Positions 1 through 7,945 of a stretch of 64,000 nucleotides of DNA are shown piece by piece. The position numbers were made by a program, and so were the translations under genes. The notes beneath the pieces are model-generated. The model was not told the DNA's origin and made no database searches. It saw nothing but the letters and a program-made list of their open reading frames with translations. Source of the DNA: Myxococcota bacterium (lineage in GTDB: Bacteria > Myxococcota > UBA4151); assembly GCA_036338695.1 (NCBI GenBank), contig JAYZBQ010000048.1, forward strand, positions 160,001-224,000. Direction: 5' to 3'. Position 1 is the stretch's first letter; every line of letters begins with the position of its first letter.

Positions 1-2
1 CG

Positions 3-827
3 CTCGGCGCCACCGGCGACCCACAGGTGGCGTACCGCTGCGGCGCGCTGCTTGGGCGCGAGCTAGCGGCGCTCGGTTTTTCGATTAATTTCGCACCGAT
101 CCTCGACATTCACACTAACCCGGCCAACCCGGTGATCGGGGACCGCGCCTTTGCGACCTCTGCGCAGGCGGTCATCGACATGGCGCTACCATTTGCGCGG
201 GGGCTTCAAGACATGGGGGTTGCGGCGTGCGGGAAGCATTTTCCAGGTCACGGAGACACCGACACCGACTCGCACTTAGCGCTCCCCGTCCTCGATCATG
301 ACGAGCACCGCCTAGCGACCATTGAATTGGCGCCCTTTCGCGCCGCTGCAGCGACCGAGATGGCGTCGATGATGACGGCGCACGTGGTCATCAAAGCCTA
401 CAACGAGGAGCACCCGAGCACACTGGACGGGCGCGCCCTATCGCTTCTGCGGAGGCAATACCGCTACCCCGGCGTGATCATCTCGGATGATCTCGAGATG
501 GCTGCGATCGCTGACCGTTACTCGATGTCCGAGGCGATCGAGCGCGGCCTGCACGCCGGGATCGATCTCTTCCTCGTGTGCCGACGGCGAGATCGAGTCG
601 AAGAGAGCATCGAGGCGGTCATCAAGCTCGCTGAGCAGCCCAAAACCGCTGCGCTCGTCGCCGCCGCCGCACGCCGCGTCGAGTCGATGATCAAGCGCTA
701 CGTCGGAAGCCCCGCACGCCCGCATCTTCGCGACGCCAAGCGCCTCCTCAAAGCGGTCCCGCTCCCGTCCAATCTCGCATCGACTCCGGGCGGTTATGAC
801 CCGACAGAGACCGCCGAGCGGGTGTGA
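3..827 (+). CDS. nagZ: Beta-N-acetylhexosaminidase (GH3), 5'-truncated by window edge
   Basis: NFAPILD, IGDRAF, KHFPGHG-x-T-x-x-DSH, MTAHV and ISDDLEM motifs; frame is open back to base 3. Confidence 0.92.
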   Translation, partial: LGATGDPQVAYRCGALLGRELAALGFSINFAPILDIHTNPANPVIGDRAFATSAQAVIDMALPFARGLQDMGVAACGKHFPGHGDTDTDSHLALPVLDHDEHRLATIELAPFRAAAATEMASMMTAHVVIKAYNEEHPSTLDGRALSLLRRQYRYPGVIISDDLEMAAIADRYSMSEAIERGLHAGIDLFLVCRRRDRVEESIEAVIKLAEQPKTAALVAAAARRVESMIKRYVGSPARPHLRDAKRLLKAVPLPSNLASTPGGYDPTETAERV

Positions 828-858
828 CACACGCAACCGATTCTGGTAGGCAGACCCT

Positions 859-1446
859 ATGAAAAAGCCCCGGCAACACCTCCGCCTCGACTTTCAACGT
901 CGCGCCGCGCAGACGACGCCGGCGACTCGCCTAGACGCCAGCCGCAAACGCCTTCTGGCGTTGGCGCTTGGCGCCTCGCTTGGCGGCGCAGCCGCGTGCG
1001 GCGATCTCGAGACCATCCCAGCGCCCGACGCCGGGGTCGTCGACCCACCCAGCGATACGGGTGCGTCATCGGACGCTGCGACGGCGCTCACCGACGCGGG
1101 CTTTCTGCGCGATGCGAGCGAGCGCAACGACGCCGGTGAATCGACCGACGACGGGGGCTTGACCGATGCAGGTGAACAGCCCCCCATGCCGATGCCAGAA
1201 GACGCCGGGGACGCAGAGGATGGCGACACCGGGGTGGTCCCGCCCATGCCGCCCCCACGCGACGCAGGGGTCTCGCCGCGCGACACAGGCGTCTCACCGC
1301 GCGACACGGGCACTTCCTCGCGTGACACCGGCGTCTCTCCTCGGGATACGGGCGTCGTCCCGCCGATGCCGCCGCCGCGCGATACGGGCATCTCACGTCG
1401 AGACATCGGCGAGTTACGGCGCGATGTCGGGCGCGAGGTCCCTTGA
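859..1446 (+). CDS. Low-complexity repeat protein, probable lipoprotein (DAG/DTG and PPMP repeats)
   Basis: Basic N-region, hydrophobic stretch, lipobox-like AAA-C; RDxG repeats with synonymous variation between units; stop overlaps next start (TTGA). Confidence 0.75.
   Translation: MKKPRQHLRLDFQRRAAQTTPATRLDASRKRLLALALGASLGGAAACGDLETIPAPDAGVVDPPSDTGASSDAATALTDAGFLRDASERNDAGESTDDGGLTDAGEQPPMPMPEDAGDAEDGDTGVVPPMPPPRDAGVSPRDTGVSPRDTGTSSRDTGVSPRDTGVVPPMPPPRDTGISRRDIGELRRDVGREVP
1225..1440 (+). repeat. Degenerate 21-bp coding tandem repeat (RD[ATIV]Gxxx x8) with two DTGVVPPMPPP units
   Basis: cgcgacgcaggggtctcgccg / cgcgacacaggcgtctcaccg / cgcgacacgggcacttcctcg / cgtgacaccggcgtctctcct etc. from 1258. 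Confidence 0.9.
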
Positions 1447-2399
1447 CCAAAGCGCCAGAGCGCTGGCTGGCTGACCTGCTGCTTGAAGGCGCCCCGCTCG
1501 ACGAGGTCGAGCGGCAACTCCAAGCGGCTGGGTTTGCGACAGACGAGGCGCTTCAAGCGATCGAAACCGTGCTGTGCTCACCGATCTTCCAGGCGGCGCG
1601 TCCCAAGGTGCAGCTCGCTCAGCGCCTAGCCGCAGCCGCCGAGCTCCACCTCCAAGTCACCGAGGACGGCGGCCCTGTACCCCGGTACAACCAGCTCACG
1701 GCGGAGCGCTTTTACAGCACGTGGCTGCGCCATCATCAGCCCGTCGTCCTCGAGGGGTTTGCGCAGCACTGGCCCGCCCTGAGTTGGACGCCTCAGAGCA
1801 TCGCTGAGGCGCTCGGCGACGAACCGATCGAAGTGCTGTCGGGGCGCACGTCGGCAGACCATCCAGATCGCGACTATCGTCAGCTCAGGCACTCGATGGT
1901 CCCTCGAGATTTCGCGGCGCTGATCGAGTCGTCGGGCGCGTCCAACGACGTCTACCTCGTCGCCCGAAACCACCTCATGCAGCGACCCGCTGCAGTACGC
2001 CTTCTCGACGACATACCGATCTCGAGCGACTGGGTGCGGCGCGACAACCTGAGCACCTGCTGCAGCTTGTGGATGGGACCCGCCGGCACCTTTACCGCCG
2101 CACATCACGACACCTGCAGCGCCCTGTTCGTGCAACTTGTTGGGCGCAAGCGCTTTGAGCTGGCGTCGCCTCTTCAGATCGACGCCCTGAGCGAGTTAGA
2201 GCCTTACTACCTCAGCCACCGCAATCTGAACGACGTCTGCGACGGCGTTCGTATCGCCGAGCTTGAGCCAGGCGACGCGTTGCTGCTCCCCGTGGGCTGG
2301 TGGCATCAAGCGACGGCGCTGAGCGTCTCCGTCGGTATGAGCTTTAACGGCTTGCACGTGACCAACCGATTCGACGCCTACTGCCCTGGCCGGCTCTAG
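1443..2399 (+). CDS. JmjC/cupin-like Fe(II)/2-oxoglutarate-dependent oxygenase
   Basis: QPVVLEG..WPA..W N-part, LWMGPAGT, HHD (HxD) and LEPGDALLLPVGWWHQ distal His. Confidence 0.88.
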   Translation: MTKAPERWLADLLLEGAPLDEVERQLQAAGFATDEALQAIETVLCSPIFQAARPKVQLAQRLAAAAELHLQVTEDGGPVPRYNQLTAERFYSTWLRHHQPVVLEGFAQHWPALSWTPQSIAEALGDEPIEVLSGRTSADHPDRDYRQLRHSMVPRDFAALIESSGASNDVYLVARNHLMQRPAAVRLLDDIPISSDWVRRDNLSTCCSLWMGPAGTFTAAHHDTCSALFVQLVGRKRFELASPLQIDALSELEPYYLSHRNLNDVCDGVRIAELEPGDALLLPVGWWHQATALSVSVGMSFNGLHVTNRFDAYCPGRL

Positions 2400-4315
2400 G
2401 CGACTCGGGCGCGATGATCGAGCAATAACACCCAAGCCTCGGCGGCGAGAAAGACCAGCGCGAGCAGCAGCAAGAGCGGCCACAGCGGCTGGCGCTCCGT
2501 CGAGCCGACACCGCCCTCACCCGCAGCTGCGACGACCTCGGCGAAGGGCAAGCTCTCACGCGGGTCCGCTCTGAGCTCAACGGCTAAGCCCTCATCACGC
2601 TGCTGCCACAGGCCAAGCGATGGCGGCTCAAAACTGAGCTGGTCGTCGAGCAACTGCCCGCGCGCCACGCCCCCTTCGGCGCGTCGAAAGACGGGATCAT
2701 CCGTGACCTCAGCGACCGTCCACACCTGCCCGGGCACAACGCTCGGGCTCAGCTGAGTGGCGACGGCACCCGAGAGCCGGCGCAGCGCGCCTCTCAAAAG
2801 CGGCACGAACCCTGGGCGAATGGCGAGGTCGGCATCATCTCGGTCGATGCTCGTCGTCAGCAGCGCAACCTGACCAGACCCCACGGGCTGCTCAATCCAA
2901 AGCGGCCTGCCGTCGCTCATACGCCACCGCACACCCGCCTGTGCGTCGACGTTGAGACCCTGCCAGATCATGGTCCTGAGCAACCCTGCGCCTCGCTCAA
3001 GCCCGAGCTGGCGCGTCCACTCGAGGTTCGGCGGAGCAGCGCTCAGCGCCGCCCGCTTGCTGACCTCGCCGTCCGGATCCTTCGCGGCCCAGCGCGCACG
3101 CGGCACCGCAGGCAGGATCGGCCCGAGCGCTCGCTGCAGCTCCAGCGGGTCCGTGTTGGAGCCGACGCTGATCAACACCCCGCCACCTGCGCGGGCAAAA
3201 CTCATCAACGCTTGCGCAAAACTCGGGTCAAGCCGGGCGACGTTCGCGAGCAGCACGACGTCCGCCTCTTGGAGCGGCGCGCGGTGCTCCTCACCCGCCG
3301 AGACCGACTCGAGGGTAAACGGGTCGTGATGATCAAGGGCCCGCGCCGCTTGACCGACATAATAGAGCTCGTCCGCATAGGCGGAGTCACGCGCATCGCC
3401 GTTGACCGCGAGCAGCCGCGTCGGACCGCTCGCGACCAAGAGGCTTTGGCGCCGATTGTCCGCTGAGCGTGGGTCCTCCGGGAGGCGCAGCTCCAGCCGG
3501 TACCGGCCGGGCTCAAGACCCAGGGTCAACTGAGCGACTGCGCGCCCGCTCGCCGGCAACGTCACGCGGGTTGCGGCGCGCGCCTTGCCGTCGACCAACG
3601 CCTCCACACGCACCGGACCCGGCGCGCCCACGACCTCGACCTTGAGCTTGTAGCTGTTTCCGCCGCGCCGGCTCAAGGTGACCTCACCCAAGCCACGATT
3701 GCTGGTGCCTTCGTCGGGCTTGGAGACCCGCTCGATCGGCGCATCACCGATAAACGACGACCAGCCGTCGGTGAGCACGAGCGCCGACTCGGGCAGCGAC
3801 GTAGCGCAGGCGGAGAGACCGGCGACGCCGAGCGGCTCAAAGGACCCCACCTCAGCGGCGACGCGCACCCCAGAGCGAGGCTCGCCGACCAAAGGCTTCA
3901 ACCCCTTGACGGTGCACAGTGAGAGGCTGACCGGGCGCCGGTCCGCCTGCGCCTGAGCGCTGGCGAGGGCGCGCTCAAAGAAGCTGCGTCCGTCCTCGCC
4001 GCGCGTGCCCATCGAGCCGCTCCCATCGATCAGGAGCGCCAGGGCGCTGCGATCCGCCTGCGCCGGCGTTGCGTCGCGCCCGAGCTGAGGCTGCAGCAGC
4101 GCCAAGATCAAGCAGAGCACCCACGCCGTTCGGAGCGCCAGCAACAACCATCGCCTCAGCCGCATACGCCGCTCTTGGCGCTTGAGCGCTCGAAGGAGCA
4201 GCCCGATCGGTGCGAACTCCATCGGTCGAGGCGGACGTCGCGTCAGCAGATGAATGATCAAGGGCGCGCTCACAAGCGCCAAAAGCGGCCAGAATACCAG
4301 GTTGAGGAAGCTCAC
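2396..4315 (-). CDS. BatA-domain / vWA membrane protein
   Basis: N-terminal MSFLN..PLIIHLL..F BatA signature, LLIDGSGSM MIDAS, VLTDG, C-terminal LWPLLLL TM. Confidence 0.85.
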   Translation of the reverse strand: MSFLNLVFWPLLALVSAPLIIHLLTRRPPRPMEFAPIGLLLRALKRQERRMRLRRWLLLALRTAWVLCLILALLQPQLGRDATPAQADRSALALLIDGSGSMGTRGEDGRSFFERALASAQAQADRRPVSLSLCTVKGLKPLVGEPRSGVRVAAEVGSFEPLGVAGLSACATSLPESALVLTDGWSSFIGDAPIERVSKPDEGTSNRGLGEVTLSRRGGNSYKLKVEVVGAPGPVRVEALVDGKARAATRVTLPASGRAVAQLTLGLEPGRYRLELRLPEDPRSADNRRQSLLVASGPTRLLAVNGDARDSAYADELYYVGQAARALDHHDPFTLESVSAGEEHRAPLQEADVVLLANVARLDPSFAQALMSFARAGGGVLISVGSNTDPLELQRALGPILPAVPRARWAAKDPDGEVSKRAALSAAPPNLEWTRQLGLERGAGLLRTMIWQGLNVDAQAGVRWRMSDGRPLWIEQPVGSGQVALLTTSIDRDDADLAIRPGFVPLLRGALRRLSGAVATQLSPSVVPGQVWTVAEVTDDPVFRRAEGGVARGQLLDDQLSFEPPSLGLWQQRDEGLAVELRADPRESLPFAEVVAAAGEGGVGSTERQPLWPLLLLLALVFLAAEAWVLLLDHRARVA

Positions 4316-5190
4316 CGGATGACCCCCTCAAGGAGCCGGCGGATGGGTTCGATCGGGCTTTGACCGGTCCGGCAGGGGACGAAGCGAACACCGGCGCTCG
4401 CAGCCGCAGCGAGGCATTCGGCGTCAAAGCGCGCCAGCTCCTCAAGATAAGCGGCTCGTAGCGCCCCGGCGTCAGCCACCAACGGCGCCTCACCCTCGAG
4501 CCCTGTAAAGCGGATCGGCCCTCGGTAATCGAAGCCGAGCTCATCTTCAGCCAAGACCCGCAAGACCACGAGGTGCCAGCCCCTCGACCGGAGCTCAGAG
4601 AGCTGCCGCCAGAAGGTCTCATCGACCGACAAAAGGTCACTGACGATGACACCAAGCCCCCGCTCAGAGCGCTCCGCAAGGGCGCCGAGCGCTGCGCTCA
4701 AGTCCGTCTGCCCCTCAGGCGTGATCTGCTCAAACGTTTGCGCTGCGGTGTCCAACTCGGCGATCTGTCGAAGGCGCAGCTTGGCGCGCGGCACGCCAGC
4801 GACCGCGTGCAGTTCGGCGGCGTCCCCACCGAGGCGAGCGCAGTAAGCCGAGGCCAAACCAAGCCAGCAAGCGTACCGCCACTTGGACACCGGCTCACCC
4901 GTGCGCATGCTCGCTGAGGTATCGATCAGGGTGTGCACGCTCAGGCGTCGCTCAGCGCGCTGCTCGCGCACGAGGACACGCGCCGAGCGTGCCGAGGCGC
5001 GCCAGTCCACTCTTGCGGGTTCATCACCCGAACGAAAAGCCCGGTGCTCCACGAAATCCCCGCCGCCTTGAACGCCGCGCGCGGCGTGCGCGCCCAGCGG
5101 CACCGCCTCCACCAAACGGCGGACCTGGAGGTGGAGCCGACCCAGCCGGCTGAGCTCCTCGATCAGGTCTTTGGTGGACTCGATGGGCAC
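4312..5190 (-). CDS. DUF58 domain protein (MoxR partner)
   Basis: DFVEHRAFRSGD..RVDWRASAR, IDTSASM, VIVSDL; directly downstream of MoxR. Confidence 0.92.
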   Translation of the reverse strand: MPIESTKDLIEELSRLGRLHLQVRRLVEAVPLGAHAARGVQGGGDFVEHRAFRSGDEPARVDWRASARSARVLVREQRAERRLSVHTLIDTSASMRTGEPVSKWRYACWLGLASAYCARLGGDAAELHAVAGVPRAKLRLRQIAELDTAAQTFEQITPEGQTDLSAALGALAERSERGLGVIVSDLLSVDETFWRQLSELRSRGWHLVVLRVLAEDELGFDYRGPIRFTGLEGEAPLVADAGALRAAYLEELARFDAECLAAAASAGVRFVPCRTGQSPIEPIRRLLEGVIR

Positions 5191-5195
5191 CGACT

Positions 5196-6164
5196 TTACG
5201 CGATCAGTCGAAGCGCCACGTCGGCGCCGGTAAGGCCTTCGGACTCCGCCCGGAAGTTCGGGATCAATCGGTGCCCGAGCACGGCCGGTGCGACCGCCCG
5301 AAGATCGCTCATATCGGCGGCGGGGCGTCCCTGCATGAGCGCTCGAGCGCGCGCCGCATGCACCAGGAACTGGCTCGCCCTCGGACCGGCGCCCCAGCGC
5401 AGGTAGGTGCGCACGAGCTCCGGAGCCTCCTCACCGGGGCGGCTGCTGCGCACCCAGGCCACGGCGCGCTCGACCAAGCCCTGATCGACGGCCACCTGAT
5501 TGACCAGCGTCTGGATCTCCGCAAGGCGAGGGGCCGACCAGACCGGGTCAACCGGCGCCGCTAAGTCAGCCTGCGTCAGCGCCGCGATCCGGACCTCATC
5601 CTCTGCGCTGGGGTAGTCCACGTGCAGCTGCATCAAGAAGCGATCGAGCTGTGCCTCTGGCAAGGGATACGTACCCTCCTGCTCGATGGGGTTCTGGGTC
5701 GCAAACACGTGGAATGGCTGACCCAGATCATAGCTCGTCCCGGCGACGCTGACGCTGCGCTCCTGCATAGCCTGAAGCAGCGCCGCTTGGGTCTTAGGCG
5801 GCGTGCGGTTGATCTCATCAGCGAGCACCAACTGGGCGAAGATCGGCCCCTGCAGAAACCGAAACGAGCGCTTGCCCTCATGCTCTTCAAGCACCTCTGA
5901 GCCCAGGATATCAGCCGGCATCAGGTCCGGCGTGAACTGAATGCGCGAGAACGCCATGCCGGTGGCTTCAGCTACGGTGGAAACCAGCAACGTCTTCGCC
6001 AAGCCGGGGACCCCGACGAACAACCCGTGACCACCGCCGACCAAGCAAGTGATCAGACCATCGACGACCTGTTCTTGACCGACGATGCGCTTGTGGATGC
6101 GGGCGCGCAACTCGCGCACATCTGCAGCGACACGCTCGAGACTGTGTTGCAGTTCTTGGCTCAT
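5196..6164 (-). CDS. moxR: MoxR-family AAA+ ATPase
   Basis: GVPGLAKT, RIQFTPDLMPAD, LADEINRTPPKTQAALL, ATQNPIEQEGTYPLPEAQLDRF. Confidence 0.96.
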   Translation of the reverse strand: MSQELQHSLERVAADVRELRARIHKRIVGQEQVVDGLITCLVGGGHGLFVGVPGLAKTLLVSTVAEATGMAFSRIQFTPDLMPADILGSEVLEEHEGKRSFRFLQGPIFAQLVLADEINRTPPKTQAALLQAMQERSVSVAGTSYDLGQPFHVFATQNPIEQEGTYPLPEAQLDRFLMQLHVDYPSAEDEVRIAALTQADLAAPVDPVWSAPRLAEIQTLVNQVAVDQGLVERAVAWVRSSRPGEEAPELVRTYLRWGAGPRASQFLVHAARARALMQGRPAADMSDLRAVAPAVLGHRLIPNFRAESEGLTGADVALRLIA

Positions 6165-7945
6165 GGTTTTTCCTTTAAATCAACGGTCAGCGTGGTGGTT
6201 TTACCCAGCACAACCTGGACATCGAGGCTGCGCTCAAGGCTGAGCGCGGTGTTACGGAGTGTCACCCGGCGTGTCCCCACCGGGACCGGGTAATCGGTCA
6301 AGGGCGTGGCGCGCTTGAGCGGCTTATCATCGATGAGGACGTCGGCCCACGGGGTGCTCGTGATCGAGAGGAAGCCGACATCACCCTGGTGATCCTTCTC
6401 GCCGGTCGCGGGTAGCTCGCGACGCAGAACCTCGAGGGCGCGGGTCTCACGGGTGACGATCTCGTCGAGCTTGAGCTCGGTGGCGGCGATGCGCATCCCT
6501 TCGTGCACCTCAGGGTCGAAGGGGTTGATGGCGTTCGCCCGCCTGTAGGCGTCGAGCGCCTGCTCGTAGGCCTTGGACTGGATCGCTAACCTACCGAGCA
6601 GGACGTGAGTGCGTGGATCGTCTGGGTTACGCGTCGCGCTCTGACCCAGCACTTCTTGCGCACGCTCTAGCTTCTTTGCGGCGATCAGGCACGAGGCGAG
6701 GCGGTGCACCAGCCCCGGATAACCCGGCCCGGCGCGCTTGAGGCTGCGTTCATACTCGATGGCGGCGGCGGCGCGATGCCCTCGACGGTACAAGAGGTCA
6801 CCGAGGCGCGCGTAGCGACCCGCCTCACCGTCCGGCCGATCAGGGTCGTCGTCGTCGACGGCGGCGCGGTTGGTGCCAAAGGCGATCGCCGGCTTCGTCA
6901 CGCCGTCGCGTGTCTCAAAGGGTCGCTTTTTGAGCCAGGCGCTCCACCTCGACTCGAAGGTTTTAAGATCGGCGCCCGTGACGGCCCGAAACGCTCGATC
7001 GAGGTTGCCGCCGGAGGCTTTGAGTCCGTCGAGCAGCCCGAGGATCGCCTTGTCCGAGTAGGTCTCAAGGAGATACTCGATCGCCGTGTGCACCTCAGCA
7101 AAGGCGGTCGCCGTAGCCTCCTGGCTTGGCAAGTACGCCATCGACGGCGACATCTGCTCAAACGTGATCAACTCATCTTTGTTGACCGCCCTCGCCAGGA
7201 GCCCAGCAGAGCGCGGGGAGAGCGGCTCACCAAAGGGCTTACGCCAACCCGACTCGTGGTACTTGGCGAGCCCTTCGTGCAGCCAGACAGGGACCGTGTT
7301 GTGGCTCTTACGACTGATCAAGAGGTGGATCAGCTCGTGACTGACCGTATCCAGCCAGTCGTAGCCTCGCAACGTCACCCGCGGCGTGATGATCATCAAG
7401 CGATCAAATTTGCACAATGCGATCGTCCCTGAGGTCTGGATGGACTTGAGATCGAGCGTCGAGACGCGGCTAAAGGCTTTGGTTGACGGGTACACCTCCA
7501 CCACCAAGGGCGCGTCGATCGTTAGACCAAAGCGCGGCGCTAAGCGATCGATGGCGTCATTCAGCCCAGCGAGGAGGTACGGAGCGAGCACCTCATCCGG
7601 ACCCGGCGCCATCCGAACGATCGCCCGCCGGTCTCGATATTCCGTAAAGTCTTTGGTGACGAGGTACGTCTCACGGATCAGTGAGTACATCGCCGGCTCA
7701 CGCCCCGTCGCCGCTTTGGCGCGGCGCATCAGATCCATTGCGTCGGCATAGCGCTGTTGGTGAAACTTCACGCGCGCAGCGGCCGCTTGAATCGCCGGAA
7801 GATCGGGGAGCGCCTCGAGCAAGGGCTCGACCGCTTTGGCTGCGGCGTCCACCTGCCAGGCGTTGAGCAGAGCCTGAACCTGGCGCTCAGGGCCCGCCGT
7901 CGCGACCTGCGAGACGCTCAACGCGATCAACAGCCACCATCTCAT
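6161..7945 (-). CDS. Secreted TPR / peptidase MA-like / PEGA domain protein
   Basis: Signal peptide, TPR-like helices, HELIH (HExxH) plus WLHEGLA, C-terminal ITSTPWADVLID..TP PEGA-like motif. Confidence 0.85.
   Translation of the reverse strand: MRWWLLIALSVSQVATAGPERQVQALLNAWQVDAAAKAVEPLLEALPDLPAIQAAAARVKFHQQRYADAMDLMRRAKAATGREPAMYSLIRETYLVTKDFTEYRDRRAIVRMAPGPDEVLAPYLLAGLNDAIDRLAPRFGLTIDAPLVVEVYPSTKAFSRVSTLDLKSIQTSGTIALCKFDRLMIITPRVTLRGYDWLDTVSHELIHLLISRKSHNTVPVWLHEGLAKYHESGWRKPFGEPLSPRSAGLLARAVNKDELITFEQMSPSMAYLPSQEATATAFAEVHTAIEYLLETYSDKAILGLLDGLKASGGNLDRAFRAVTGADLKTFESRWSAWLKKRPFETRDGVTKPAIAFGTNRAAVDDDDPDRPDGEAGRYARLGDLLYRRGHRAAAAIEYERSLKRAGPGYPGLVHRLASCLIAAKKLERAQEVLGQSATRNPDDPRTHVLLGRLAIQSKAYEQALDAYRRANAINPFDPEVHEGMRIAATELKLDEIVTRETRALEVLRRELPATGEKDHQGDVGFLSITSTPWADVLIDDKPLKRATPLTDYPVPVGTRRVTLRNTALSLERSLDVQVVLGKTTTLTVDLKEKP

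Noticed and set aside
1258..1440. CRISPR-like array
   Set aside because: Units are contiguous, degenerate at third codon positions and have no unique spacers; no cas genes
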